From: Phoronis australis
Taxonomy: Eukaryota; Animalia; Phoronida
NCBI GenBank assembly: GCA_002633005.1
Contig: NMRA01000877.1
Coordinates: 1-64,000 of the forward strand
DNA: 64,000 nucleotides
Direction: 5' to 3'
The position numbers and the translations under genes were made by a program. Below the pieces are notes generated by a model that was given only the letters and a program-made list of their open reading frames with translations, had not been told where the DNA came from and ran no database searches. Every line of letters starts with the position of its first letter. Within the stretch, counting starts at the first letter, position 1. Positions 11,887 through 24,800 of this stretch are shown one piece after another.

Positions 11887-14033
11887 ATGGACGTCAAGTC
11901 AATTTCTATTTGTATGACATTCGTCACGTTATTAGTTCGTTATCTGACCCTCTTACGAAGACGCCAGCGTCGCCGATTACAGTGGTTAAGTTTCAGTGAA
12001 CATGAAAATAACTTCGAGGATGATATTTATCCGTTGCATCTCCGAAGGTTAAGCCGTCGCCGACGACGTTTAGCTGCGGCTGCATGCTCGGTCGAGCAAC
12101 GGTACCAAGTGCCATATGTGCGGTACGTTTACATAAAACATACTTTACTGTCCATTCATTAATCTCATTAAACTTCAAGTTAAAGTGTGCTTTTCAATGG
12201 ATTCGTTAGATTGTCTATTGCAAGGACATAAAAGCAAACCTTTACAGAGTACTATATCTTGTCACAGAATGCCTTATGTTCTGACTAACTAGTTGCACCG
12301 TCTTGGTAAAATCAAAATTAGCTAATGCTATACAAAAACGAGACTGTGCCGGTCATTGAATGCAGAACATCAAAATGAAAATTGATGTTATTGATTTCTC
12401 AGATTTCGGCTTGGATAGGATTTTATGAAAGCGTCCGATATTTGGGTCTCTGCTGGGTATGGTCTTGGTAACAAATGGAAATTTTCACGACTGATCAAGT
12501 GCTGTGTTGGTGTGGATTTTGAATATGTGGCACCTCCCTACACAACAGGTGGAAGAGAACAACTGCTGGCATTTTTCATTGTCATTTTGAATGACCTTAC
12601 CTTAAGCTTTGTATTTCTTTTGCAGCATTAATGTTCAATGATGAATATGTGAGACTAAGACAACGAAGTTCTCATTTTTGTCAAGAAAACAATGATTTGC
12701 TGTTAGTGAATTAAGTAAGTAATGGTGTGATATCTTTTGTAGAACCATTGTGGCCACTCCTAGAAACCAGTCGTGGTACGATGGTTTATGGCAAACTGCA
12801 GATGTTGATGAATGGAAGAGACATTTCAGAATGTCACGTGCTACGTTTCAAAGCATCACTGACGCCCTGCGGCCTTATCTAGATAAACATACAACCATGT
12901 TTCGTATTGTAAGTTTAATGGGACATTTTCTGAATTATGTTTTGAAACATTACAACAAAAAGTGACAGACTACTATGCTCGAAGAGTAGCGTTTCGTCGT
13001 CTGGTCACACTCATTTTGGTTTCATAACTATTGAATTTGTTCATACCATTACTTGAAAACATTTTGTTGGATTTGCATTTGAGTCGTGCATTTTTGGTTG
13101 TGCAACAATTAACACACCGAATTTAATATCAAATTTATTTCATACTAAGTAACTGACGTTTGTCTTTCAGCCTATCAGTGTTGAAAAACGGGTAGCTGTG
13201 GCCATCTTCAAGCCCTGCTTCTGGGTGCTCATATCGGATCGTTCAAAATCTGTTTGGCGTTGGGTTGTCAACATCGTGCAACGTGTTGTACAGCTTTTCT
13301 GTTGCCTTAACGCAGGTACTGGGTCTTGTGTACCTGAGGCGTCCGAGTCATGAGGACTTTCTAGAGATAGCCCAAGGATTCAGAGACTTGTGGGGTTTCC
13401 CACGGTGCGTAGGCGCAATTGATGGGACCCATATTCCTATGTGGCACCACGTGAGAATCGCATGGATTATTACAATCACAAATCATGCTATTCTGTTGTC
13501 ATGCAGGCAGTCTGTGACCATCGTTATCGGTTTTATGTTATTGAAGTTGGATGGCCTGGAAAGGTGCATGACGCTAGAGTTCTGCGGAACTCGCGGATTT
13601 TTGAGGCTGGAGAAGCAGGTACCCTACTTCCTGTGCACATGGAAAGATTTAATGTAACACCAGTTGGTTTGTTTATCATTGGAGATCCTACTTACCCGGC
13701 TACACTCGTCCTAACGATCGTGCTGGGAAGAATTTCAACTTTCGACTGAGCAGTGCAAGAATGTGCATTGAAAATGCTTTTGGCAGATTAAAGATGAGGT
13801 GGAGGTGTCTTTACAAGACATTAGAACACGATGTTAGTGCCGTGCCAACTGTTGTTCAAGCATGTGTGATATTACACAACATATGTGAAACACATGGTGA
13901 GCAAGATGTTCCTCAGCAGCCTGACAACAACCAAGTCAATCCACCTGTCCATCCCCAACAAATACTCAACAGAAATGACATCACCAGGCGTCAACGTGAT
14001 GCGTTATGTGCTCATTTATTCCAGCATCCATAA
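11887..14033 (+). pseudogene. Harbinger (HARBI1-like, DDE_Tnp_4) transposase pseudogene; exons 11887-12122, 12743-12908, 13171-14033
   Basis: Motifs [87 protein letters not shown] introns have compatible phases (2, 0). Frameshifts near 13214 and 13440, and a deletion after GDPTYP. Confidence 0.92.
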
Positions 14034-14227
14034 TTTTGGCTGTCATCTCAGGCCGAGCGTTCTACTTATTCTGCACCATTTAATGGTCATTTGCGCAAAG
14101 TTTGAACCTTGTATAATTTATCTGAATATTTTCTCGATAGTCGGCTAAAAGTTACATGGTAAAACCATTGCCCAGGGCTCATTCCTTTTCTTTATTCAAA
14201 TTATTTTCTGTAATTTCTATAGAACTA

Positions 14228-14327
14228 CCGTAAACTCGCGGGTCCACACCCATCCCTGGCTTTTGATCAATTTTCCGTTTAAGCACCCACTGCTAAGCGT
14301 CTAGGGCGTTAACCTGCGAGTTTACGG
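14228..14327. mobile_element. 100-bp TA-flanked MITE (pogo/Tc1-mariner type) nested in the Harbinger
   Basis: TA|CCGTAAACTCGCGGG ... CCTGCGAGTTTACGG|TA. Confidence 0.8.
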
Positions 14328-14841
14328 TATTAGACGAACTCAATTGTCTGTTATCCTATGCTCTAGTAATCAATGGCTAATGTAATTTTCTAACCATAGT
14401 TTGCACTTGATGATTCCAACTTTAAGGCAAAAGTTTCAAAGTCTGAACATGAAACATAGAAATTTTATGAACTCGAATCTAGGGCCATCAAGTTCCAACC
14501 TGGTGCTAGAAATTCACACAAAAACCATAACGTGGTCAAGCACAGAATAAAAAAAAAACTTGCCTCGAGAACAAAGATTAAACCCTGGCCTGTGGTCTTG
14601 AAAGATTTTACGTTGAGCTGCTGTTGAAGTTGAATCAACCGTACCTGCATTTCCCAGACAATCTAGTCTTTTAAAACGCACTTGTGCTGGTGAGAGATCA
14701 CAGCAGTACAATTATACGGATACAAAAATACAATATATTAACAAATCTTATTACACATACACTGGCGGAAGAGATATTGCGTTACAAATGTACATGTTAA
14801 AAGGATAACTTTTATATAATGATGCCATAAATAACTATATA

Positions 14842-14862
14842 TGTGTGTGTGTGTGTGTGCGT

Positions 14863-14894
<32 letters not shown>
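14842..14894. repeat. (TG)n microsatellite
   Basis: Seen directly. Confidence 0.95.
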
Positions 14895-16090
14895 ATCATA
14901 AAATAATAACATTTATATACAGATAAGTAATAAATACGTTAAAATACTATGACTGTTGTATGGGTGAACTATAAATATACAGATTAACAAGCACTTACAG
15001 ATGCTTCTTTACTACTTTACTACTACTATACTACAACACTACTTTTATATTCTGATTGACGTTACTTTTTTATACATTTGAAAATTTCTCCCATTGGTAT
15101 TTTGCATGAACTGTGGATATGATTGGGAATGGGGATGCGGGTATGAAGTTTGTGATTGCTCCTGTTCTTGATGTGGTTGTGGATGAGGATGTGGATGAGG
15201 ATGAATGACACTTTGCATTGTCTGGACCATTTGCCCCATCATGGCCATGAGACTGGTCATCTGAGTAGCTTCCTGCTGGTGCTGGTGCTGCAAGAGGTCG
15301 CTTTGTTCCCCCATGAAAGCTTGTTGCGTTTCACGCCACTCGTCTTGAGCTTTCAGGCTCTGTTGCATCGCTTCTCGTAGAGAGGCAGCCTCTCTGTCAT
15401 CTTGTTTCAAAATCTTTTCCAACCATGCCGGAGCCTCGCTCGCTCGCCGCTACCACTTGCTTGCGCCTCGTACGACAAGCCTGGATGAAGCGCAGCCAGG
15501 TGTGGTCGGCCTGCTGCTTCCGCTGGTCGAAGCCTCACTTGGTGTGTCACACCTGGCATCATCGTCCTCTGCAGTGTCCTCAGCTAAAATAAGAATGTAA
15601 ATGTGATTAACGTGATTAGCTACCAGTGTAATTGAACTTAAATGTCGCTTAGGGTATGTTTTATGTTTTGAAATAGAACAATTTTTAAATTGTTCTATTT
15701 CAAAAAAAACCATGGCTTATAACATTAAGCATGGCTCAAAGCTTTTGAAAAATGGAACTGGATATATTTTACTACCATGTCGAGGCAAACATTTGACAGC
15801 ACCACAAAGGGGATAAGTGCAGCATTGTATTCAGCAAGTCACTTCTTAACTATTAACCATTTTCACTTACCGCCATTATCCAGGAGGCTGTCTTCCTCAC
15901 AATCGACATCTTCAGTTTGGCTCGCGGGATCATTCCTTTGAGAATCTGGAATATGGATTACGAATCAAGGAAATAATTGTAAGTACAATACAAATAGCTT
16001 TGCCGGATCATTAACCTCAGTCCTTGTGACATACGTTGAAGGTAAATAATATACTAATTTTTTTCTTAATCTTTATTTTTTGAGAGCTTC

Positions 16091-16395
16091 CAGTGGCGTA
16101 TTTAGGGTGGGGGGCAATGGTGCCATGCCCCCCCCCTAAAATTCTCCAACACACAATTTGGGAGCTCGGGGTGTGAATTGACGAGTAGCATATGCGCGCA
16201 CCCCGGGGTTCGGGGTCGAATGCACAACGCATAGCCCTTGAACAAACCCTGTTTACATTTTTTTTAGTTATCAGGTCCACAAACCAAAAAATCTGCTCTG
16301 CATCCTTACGTTGTAGTCTGGACGCGCGCATGTGGCGAAATTCTGGTTGTTCCTGTGCCGTGCCCCCATTAACTCAAAATCCTGGATCCGCCCTG
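16091..16395. mobile_element. MITE with CAGTGGCG...CGCCCTG ends
   Basis: TIR-like ends; flanks GCTTC/GTTTC (5-bp TSD, one mismatch). Related to 23067 and 55295. Confidence 0.75.
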
Positions 16396-16486
16396 GTTTC
16401 AACACAAAGTCAATAGAATTCCCCTGGTCAGTCATGCATATTGTAAGCTGAATAAGTGAAAAATTACAGCTCTGACACCATCTATG

Positions 16487-16638
16487 CAGGGGTGGATTCA
16501 GGATTTTTTGAAAGCGAGTCGGATCAAGAATTTTTTAAAAAGTGGGATCCAAGGCAACAATTTGATTTGACCACTGAAATCCAGGAAAAGGGGGGGGGGG
16601 TTGTCTAGACCCCTGACCAACCATGGATCCGCCTACTG
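16487..16638. mobile_element. MITE with CAGGGGTGGATTCAGG...GGATCCGCCTACTG ends
   Basis: Imperfect TIRs and a G-run interior. TSD unclear. Confidence 0.65.
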
Positions 16639-18044
16639 AAGTATGCTATGAATAGATAGTCTTTNAGGACGCCTCGCCCCAGGCTGCTACTAGGACATCT
16701 ACTTCTTGTGGCAACCAACGACTGCCACGTTGCATGGATGACGAACATGATTTCGAGAGATTATTTATTATAAAGAAGCTAATATCATCGGATAAACACT
16801 TACGCGTTGAATACTGCGAAATGGCGGTAAACTTTCGTCCCGAGTGCGTTATGATTTTTTATTATTTTTTTAGTGAAAACTTGAGTACTTCAACAATTAG
16901 GCTGCGTGTGATGACTGAAATAAAACTTTTTTCTTACTTCACTAGTGATTAGTTGAGGAAATTATTAGGAAGTATTTGCGACGACTGCCCTTTGTTGACG
17001 ATTACAGTGCCTTCTTGTGATAACTTCGATTGGACCGGAGTTAAGTGTTCATACACTGTACTGCATCGCAGCGTCGACGCTGTGGTCTTAAATCCACCTG
17101 TTAACTGCGATTTTAACTGGAGCTGTTAACTGCGATCCAGGACCGGAGTTAAGCGTTCATACTGACCGCATCTCTCCAAACCATCGACGCGTCGACGTTA
17201 GTATGAAAGGCTCTGATAATACCGCAGATAACGCAAACAACTAACTGCTGCGAAAAGTGGTAGTAAGACGCATGAGCAGTATCAAAAGTAAATTTCAGCT
17301 TATTAAACGACAGATTAGGTGATACGCACGCATTAATACTCTTGTTTAATTGACCAGTACATTTCATCTCGCAATGAAAGTTGCGTGACACACAACGTTA
17401 TCATTGGCCCACTCACAAGAAGGTGCTACTCGACCTTCATGAACTCGCACGTGCTCTAATAATAGTTATGGATTTGTATTCAAATTGAACACGACGAATC
17501 GTTGTGGGAATGACACAAAGTCACGGTCTCTGGAGTCTGAACACTTTATTCGTAGTCAGTGTTACCCCGTCTGTTACCCACAACAATAATCAGTACATCC
17601 CTCAATGACGAGTAACAGAAAGCAGAAAGCAATACATGAGCACGGGACAAACAAGTACGTGTGTACTCCACTGTTCCCAGACAAGCTGGCTTTCCCGATT
17701 GTCCAATTCTGTAACCTACGTGTATCTTCTGGTTAGATCCGATTGGTTCAAATATCTGAGAAGACTTCTGAGCTCGTCTCCGAAGCGTACGGAAAATGAT
17801 TAAATTGGATTGGATCAATCTTAACGTCGATTCTCAAACCCTGATATTAAAGTTACCTCCAACCTTTTTAGTGGCCTATATTTTATCTCGTATATAAAAA
17901 ACAGCCTTGTCAACTAGAACAAGTATATATTTTCTGAAAGAACAAAGATCAGGAAATATAAATATACTTTTTGTATTTATCATCCGTTATTATTTTTACG
18001 TAACAACTTTTTAAGTGAAAATTTCATTTTTACGAAAGGTACAT

Positions 18045-20357
18045 CTGGGCCGTAGGAAGTTGGGGGCCGGGAGGGGGGGGGGGCACGGGCCCCCCAAAAA
18101 TGTTCAGGCGTAAGGGTTAAACCATGGAAACCGATATAGGCGTGGGGCTGGTGACAATAGAGGAAAGAAAAACTGCGAAATACGGATAAGAGAGAAAATT
18201 CTAAGAGAACATTTAACAACAGTGCATGGTTTACCTTTTGAGGACCCTGGTCAAGACATTGTTAGGGTCTCTGTTTTTGCAGCATAGGTCGTCTACATGC
18301 ACTTGAAAATGTGCACGTAATCATTCAATCTTGTACATCATTCGCTTTATTTTTGTCGAAACTGTATATCACTTGAGAAAAATTGATAAACTGACAGATA
18401 ACATCAATTGCTGCGCATTTCCTGGTTTTCGAAAAAAGTATATATATTTTCATATTTAGGGGCTCCACCCTTGAAGAAGGACTTTGGTGATATTCAAGTG
18501 GCCACCCTTTTTGTGTTTTTATTGACAAATTCTAAAGGGGCCACACACGGAGAGAGGGCCTAATGTTGGAATTGATTACTTCCATTTTGCTGCTTTTTGT
18601 GAAATGGTACAACCTGCTTTAAAGGTCACTTCCTGCATCGCTTTGTGACAATGCAACGGTGGATGAACTGCCACTCGTGTTCCAAGCTTAATGACGTTTA
18701 TCCTTTCATCTTAAGGTGTCCCATTTCAGACAGGACCCTCTCTCGGTGAAGCAGTTCGAAGGAAACGTCCCTTTGACCCTCAATAAATGTAAATCCGACA
18801 CTGCCAAGTATTCACGAGGGAATCTGAGATTCCAAATTCATCAAAAAATACAAACCATTCCTGCCCAGCACAGCGGTATCAAGACATCCGACCCAAACAG
18901 ACAAAAACTGTGAACAAAATACAATGGGATTGACCGCCATCGAAAGGGTGGAATTTTGAGGAACGAGAAGACCACTGTTTGTGAATTACACAAAACGACT
19001 ATTTTCGATGGTTAGCTATAAAATAATGTTACTGTTTCCCATAATATCGAAAACAGTTATCTCTTGTGAAAATGGTTACCATGCACGAACCCAGCCTAAA
19101 ACATAGAGGGCTCGATTTTTTGAGAATGTGCATCTTTTACTTAAAACAGGGACTCAGATGTAAAGGGGTACCAAGACCAGAGCTATAAATTGGGCATTCC
19201 CGCCGAATTCCTCCCTTTTAGCCTTTTTAGTGGATTTTTGTCTCGTTTTTCTTGGACTTTTTTGTTGATCTTAGGCGGACGTTTTTGCCCATTGCGTCAA
19301 ATGCGGGAGAGGCACGTGAGAGCCCCCCGATCTCCCTGGGTGCGTGCATGCTTATTATGACTTGTTTGTAAGGAATTTCCAGATGTGGAAAACATTGGTG
19401 TCTATCATGCTACTATTTCTGATGACCGCGTGTATGTCGAAAGAGAGTACTCAAAGAACTGTCGTAATCATAAACAATGATTTCAGCGTTTTTGTCATTG
19501 GAGTTAAAATTTACCTCATGAACCGTTATAGGTCCATGTACCTCTGAAATGAGCAAAATACACCTTGATGCGAATGCCCTATCCATGTTCCCCCGGTTAC
19601 CCGTCAAAAATCTGTGAGCATGCCTTCGGAAACTGCTTATAACTTTTCGTTTCGATAAACAAATTTGTTTTTTCCACTTTACTTGTTTATGTATATACGA
19701 AAATCGATAGATTCATAGATGATTTTTGACAATTAGAAGTTAATCTTCTGACAAATGATGACATTTCAGTAAATTTATTTTCGGCCTGAAGTTGAAAAAC
19801 TCTGTAATCCGATCCCCAAATAGTAAAGTACACTCAGAAGATTTTTGCCTATCTAAACTAACTCTTAAAGACATTGATGAAATCCAGACTCACAAACCGC
19901 AGATCGAAAAAAGTTTTAAAAGTTTTTAAATAAATTAAATTAAACTCATTTCTTAGAAAGGTTGTACTTCCTCGGTGTTTCTATTTTCTCGTAGTAATGA
20001 ACAATGGATTTTTGTTCTTCAAATCTGAATTGCTTGCTTACCTGATTCCCATGCACGGCATGACTGACGCACCCACGTTAAAAATAAGATACGACCACGC
20101 ACCAGGACCGCGCAGTATCTCAGGGATCCACGGAAACTTACTCTCCATGTTGGTTCACGGTTACTCAACTCTTGATGGCTGTATCCCCGGGATTGTCCCC
20201 CACCAAGGGCGGACGTGGGGGATTCGGTACAAATGTGGTAGTATCGGGATCACGGGGTCGAGGCGTGGGTGGCGGAGTTAGTGGCGATGGGGGGAGGTAG
20301 TTTGGCGAAGTCGAAATGGTTTGTGCCCCGTAATACTTTTTGCGTCCTACGGGCCTA
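18045..20357 (+). mobile_element. Non-autonomous DNA transposon (family C), longest copy
   Basis: Ends CTGGGCCGTAGGA...TCCTACGGGCCTA; flanks TACAT/TATAT. Aligns with 49296-50638 and 36866-37545. Confidence 0.8.
19080..19350. mobile_element. MITE nested in family C
   Basis: TIR CATGCACGAACCCAG/CTGGGTGCGTGCATG. Absent at the matching site of the other copy (about 50430). Confidence 0.8.
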
Positions 20358-20908
20358 TATATTCATAGCAAAGTAAGCTCTCGGTCCATTTTAGTGAAAC
20401 CATTTTAAATGAATACCTCACCACTTACCCCAAAAACGCTTTTAGGAATTTTCGATTAGTCTGTTCGTTTGATTTCTACGACAAATCAACTCGCAAAACG
20501 TAAAGCATTTCTTGTAAAAAAATGAAGTCGTATTCGTCTTTGTCACATTACGAAAAAACTAGGCCTTTATATCAAAAATCCTGAAAAGTTATTTTGAGAT
20601 TGATGACTAAATATTAACTTTTCGAGAACTACTGTTCCTAAGTTCAAATATAGTCGATTTGCCGAAGCCGAGAAAAAGCCGATTAAACTGGGACGAGTGA
20701 AAATCTCAAAGTCTTTGTTTAATTATTCAGTGAAAACTTGTTTTCGGTACACATAATTTATACAATCCTTAACTTTGTTATCTATTTCAACGTTCACTTG
20801 CAATGTCAACTCATTTTTCAGCGCGAAACTAAGCTAATTATCATTAAAACCTCAAATAGACGTATCGTTCCCAGCCAAGTTTTACAGTTGATCATTATTA
20901 TACACATA

Positions 20909-22324
20909 CAGTACAGCCACTGAATTATTAGACTCTCTCTGGTGTCTCTCCGGTCTAGCCACCCGTGACCGTAACCGGAGACAGATCTGAGAGTGAGGCG
21001 TGAATCATGTGGCGTGAGCCTAAGCATGACTGTGCCCGGAGCTTACCGTGATTTAGGCGTGAGTTTACCTGCATCGCAGATGATAAAGTAATTTATTAAA
21101 ATTACATCAGTAACTAGCAGTGATGTGTGTATTTTCATAGACTTTTGCTCATGTGAGGTTTGATTTTTTTTTGAAATCGTCACGTGCAGTAAAAGACCAA
21201 AATCTCCGTCTCAAATCTTAAGTCTCTTCAGGAAACAGACCTGTGGACTTTACTTTTCACTTATATATAATTATTTGTTTTTATATAAACTAATAAAGAA
21301 TCTTAGCACGCTTGTACATGGCGGAATTATTCAATTGCCTTCACGATATGAAGGAGCATAGCGTGTCAATTCTGAGCACATTGATCCCAAGTTCCGGCAT
21401 CATGCGGAGAAAACTGATCACGCCTATGCATTTGACGAGTCAAACAGATGACCGCTATTATTATTTTAGTGAAGAAGTACCCCGGGGATACTGTGTACTC
21501 AGTCGAAACGCATGTACTACGGGGAGTGGGCTACAAATAATTGAACTGCACTACGGATTCAGGACTTTTAAGTCAAAACATTTGCTTGCAGTAAGGGTTG
21601 GGTATGTCAGAAGGGCGGCCTATTGAAATTTTTTGTACGCCAGTGCGGTGCAAAATTTTAAGGAGTGATACAATACTTCACAAGATGCGTAGGCTATTTT
21701 TAGGGCGAATTAACTATATCCACCTGTAACAAGTTTCAAGGAGTCTACAGCCATGTAAAGATGACTCTGGGCACAGGGTCGCGTTTATTCGTATTTACTA
21801 ACCGTGGTTACTGTACATGTACATGTTTGTCGTTGATGGGACTGGCTCTTTAGTCGTAAATTGAACATGTACATGTACATGTAAGTGTAACACAAGACGA
21901 GTTGAAGGAAACGTTTGTATGAAGAACACGTGGAATTACAGAGTTAGTCGGAACCCAAGTCTGATAGATGACTGCTTGCAAATTACTTTATAATAGACTA
22001 TAATATCTTTGCAACTTGACCGAAGCGACAGCCAATCAAGACGTTACATGTATTTTCACTGATTAGCCCGTTGCCCTACCATGGTTACCACAGCTACCGA
22101 AGGCGTGAAGAAAGCGTGAGGTAAGCGTGACGGAGGCGCGAAGAAATCGTGAACGAGGCGTGAGGAAGGCGTTAACTAAACCGAAGGTAAGCGTGAGGAC
22201 TACCAGGAGAGTAGGCGTGAGGCGACCGTGACTGATTTCTGTCACGCCTGTGTTCCGGTTGCGCTCCGGTCTGGCCAGGCGTGAGGTAGCCCGGACGAAG
22301 TCTAAAAATTCAGTGGCTGTACTG
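20909..22324. mobile_element. TA-flanked non-autonomous DNA transposon with subterminal RGCGTGA arrays
   Basis: TA|CAGTACAGCCACTGAATTATTAGACT ... AGTCTAAAAATTCAGTGGCTGTACTG|TA (26-bp TIR, one mismatch). No coding remnant recognised. Confidence 0.85.
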
Positions 22325-22659
22325 TAGCCTGTACACGTCACGTGCTGGGAGACTGATGCGAAATCAAGTAAGTAATGGCTAACAAAAACCGAATCGTTGG
22401 TTAAAGTATGTCGTTAGTAAGAGATCGAAAAATCGAAATGTCAACTTATTAATTGAATTAAGGAATTAGGGTAGACGCACAATTCCCATAGGATCAAAAC
22501 TATGTTTTGTCTTTGTTTTCCCCGGCACTTTTCTATCATAAGTGCACCTCGTTGGCTCAATGTCATGGCGAATTTGTGAATGAAAGGAATGAGGGTATAC
22601 GAAGCTGTTCAGTACGTGGCGGGAGATTTGATTGAAAGCCCTTTAACCTTTGACCTTCG

Positions 22660-22705
22660 ATAAGTAGTAAACAAATATCCAGGATAAGTAGTAAACAAAT
22701 ATCCA
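22660..22705. repeat. 24-bp tandem duplication
   Basis: ataagtagtaaacaaatatcca occurs twice. Confidence 0.9.
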
Positions 22706-23066
22706 CAAGATTGTGCGGTTCCAACGTGGCTCTGCTAAATTCTTTTTTTCTCGCTACACGGTATATATTTTGTATTTGAATTTCCGCGAGAATGAAGATA
22801 AGGTATTTTGCTAGACACATGTGAAATATTGTAAAAATGGCCAATTTTTGTGAATAAGATATCCCTAATGTTTCACTAAAAACTGTTTGGCAAAATGGAT
22901 AATGTAAAAATATATTTGCTGCGAAGATACTTACATTTTCTTAAACATTGACAACTTCTTCAGATAGTTGATTTCGCCGCCGGTTACTGTGCCTCCAACA
23001 AACACAGGCAATGTGTATTGTGCAAAATTCAGGACCATTTGCGTCCAACAAAGTCCCCACCGCCCC

Positions 23067-23227
23067 CAGTGGCGAGTTTAGAGGGTGGCCAAGGGGCCAT
23101 GTCCCCACTCCCCTAAAATTCTCCCAGATTACATTTGGCAGTTCGCGCTTGAGAATGTCTGAAGGGCAAAATGCTAGCTCATACTTTGCCCTGACCCCCA
23201 CTAACTCAAAATCCTGGACCCGCCCCG
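23067..23227. mobile_element. MITE, same family as 55295-55449
   Basis: CAGTGGCGAGTTTAG...AAAATCCTGGACCCGCCCCG; aligns along its length with 55295-55449. Confidence 0.75.
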
Positions 23228-23420
23228 AGCATCTGCGGCCGTTTCTATGCCGACTAGTTACATGATCAAGGTGCCATTTTGGACCAAACATAATGCAATC
23301 CCACATGACTTTGTGGCTCTTTAAATGTTTTACTTCCTATGCCAACTAAATTTCGACCAACACGCTTCAAAGCTGTTTGAAAACTCCGTGTGTTCATTTT
23401 ATTGATTACGAATTGTCGGA

Positions 23421-23455
23421 TACACACACACAAATAAACGCGCACACGCACGTGC

Positions 23456-23524
<69 letters not shown>
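23421..23524. repeat. (CA)n microsatellite
   Basis: Seen directly. Confidence 0.97.
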
Positions 23525-23528
<4 letters not shown>

Positions 23529-23749
23529 TTTATATTTGTGTGTGTGCTTATACACTGTATGTCAGCGTGCGCTTTATATGTTGAGTCGAAACGTAGGAGG
23601 AGTTTTTGAATACGTTGATTGGTTCCCTTCTGCTAGTAACACGGATGTCTCAAACTCTGTTGCATGTTCATCAAATCCCTAATCTCAAAAAGCTACGGAG
23701 TTTAAAAAAATATCATAATGTAATGCTGATGTTAGGATCCAGAACTTAC

Positions 23750-23883
23750 ATCCAAATATGACTTGATGAGAACTCGCGATGATGAAGTAGACTAGTCCAA
23801 ACGCGGCCACTGAGCGGGTAAAAGGTAGGAGAGCGTAAAATATTCCACCAGCGATGGTTCCGAAACCCAAAATCAAAATACAC
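23750..23883 (-). CDS. MFS transporter internal exon (about TM3-TM4)
   Basis: TTTCTTTTTAG acceptor and GTAAGT donor; encodes CILILGFGTIAGGIFYALLPFTRSVAAFGLVYFIIASSHQVIFG. Ends in phase 1 and joins the terminal exon in frame (T|TT = Phe). Confidence 0.88.
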
Positions 23884-24099
23884 CTAAAAAGAAACGAGAA
23901 GTTTAATTATCGCCGGTGAACCGGACAATGCTAGTAACGGAGGATCTAAAGTGCTCGCTCATTGCTGAACACAACATTTTATTTGGAAGGTGGATGAGAG
24001 ACGGGCAGGAGATGCCCATCACTTAGGCTTAAAGTGTAAGAGATGGCACCCAATTACAAAAATGCTTATATGTCATGGCGCAGCTTCATGATCACCAAA

Positions 24100-24216
24100 T
24101 TATGGGTACTGGAACTCTCATGAAAATATCCCTACAGTTTATGGGTACTGGAACTCTCCTGAAAATATTCCTATAGTTTATGGGTACTGGAACTCTCATG
24201 AAAATATAACTACAGT
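24100..24216. repeat. 39-bp minisatellite, 3 copies
   Basis: Unit ttatgggtactggaactctcatgaaaatatccctacagt. Confidence 0.93.
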
Positions 24217-24299
24217 ACTTTTATTTTTTTTAAATTTTGAAAGGGCAAATTTCATTATTTCCAGTAGCACTACTGATTACGTGTTTTTTCTTGTGCATT

Positions 24300-24800
24300 T
24301 ATTTCTTGTGGATGAAACGATGCACCGAACCATTGGGTTGTTGAGGGAGTCTTTGCTTTGTCCATTAGGAACATAGAGTCTCAAAATTGGTAAAAAAATA
24401 CCAATAACCAGTAGCAACAAACCTTCGTTAAAATGGAGATGTTTAAACCAAACTGCGTTTGTGGCATTTAAATAGAGTTTTCTTCTCTTTAGGTATGAAA
24501 CATACGCACGTGTATTGTCAGAACTTATCTTACCTTTTTGGAAACCGATTGGACAAAAGTGCCAGAGGTACCAAAATACCGTTACACAATAAACCAAGTG
24601 ACATTGCTGTAGCGATGGAAGAGTAGTTGCCGTGGTTTCTTTTGATAATGTCAGGTAAGCATATTGCCGTGTTGGTGTGTTGACACCCCTGCAATAAACA
24701 ACAAAACTCATAATTGGGTCTTTCATAATCATTCGCACCTTGACCGCAGTAGAGATCCAGAGCAGGGAAATAACCTGCCTCTGGAACACCACGACAATCA
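24300..24800 (-). mobile_element. Highly decayed LINE reverse-transcriptase fragment
   Basis: YCRGV..., PIGFQKGKISSDN...YLKRRKLY...AVW...GLLL..IGI resemble the NYRGI / QxGF / KLY / VW..GL..KL order of non-LTR RT. Clade uncertain. Confidence 0.5.

Larger units (their letters stand above)
15045..16735 (-). pseudogene. Harbinger Myb/SANT (trihelix) accessory gene remnant; segments 16735-16666, 15945-15871, 15583-15045
   Basis: MQRGSRWLPQEVDVLVAAWGE matches the first Myb/SANT-like helix. It is followed by an acidic exon with AG/GTAAGT borders and a last exon with a Q/M-rich coiled coil. In-frame TAG at 15450. Confidence 0.8.
11696..17214 (+). mobile_element. PIF/Harbinger transposon (decayed; transposase plus convergent Myb/SANT gene) in the last MFS intron
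   Basis: Imperfect TIR: AGGTCCTTTCATAT on the left, reverse complement AGAGCCTTTCATAC on the right. Subterminal GTTAAC/CGAAGTTA/GTCGAC motifs occur at both ends, and both expected genes are inside. The 3-bp TSD is not cleanly preserved. Confidence 0.88.

Noticed and set aside
12403-12650. Two small AG/GT-bounded segments as extra transposase exons
   Set aside because: The first gives a stop in the required phase, and exon 1 already joins 12743 in frame.
19419-19450. CTGATGA...GAAA hammerhead candidate
   Set aside because: Stem II does not pair and the motif is not conserved in the paralogous copy near 50497.
23266-23682. ORFs with VC and HT dipeptide runs
   Set aside because: They are translations of the (CA)n microsatellite.
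24100-24216. Short direct repeats (also 45614 and 56035) as a CRISPR-like array
   Set aside because: Head-to-tail repeats with no unique spacers, no cas genes and a eukaryotic context.
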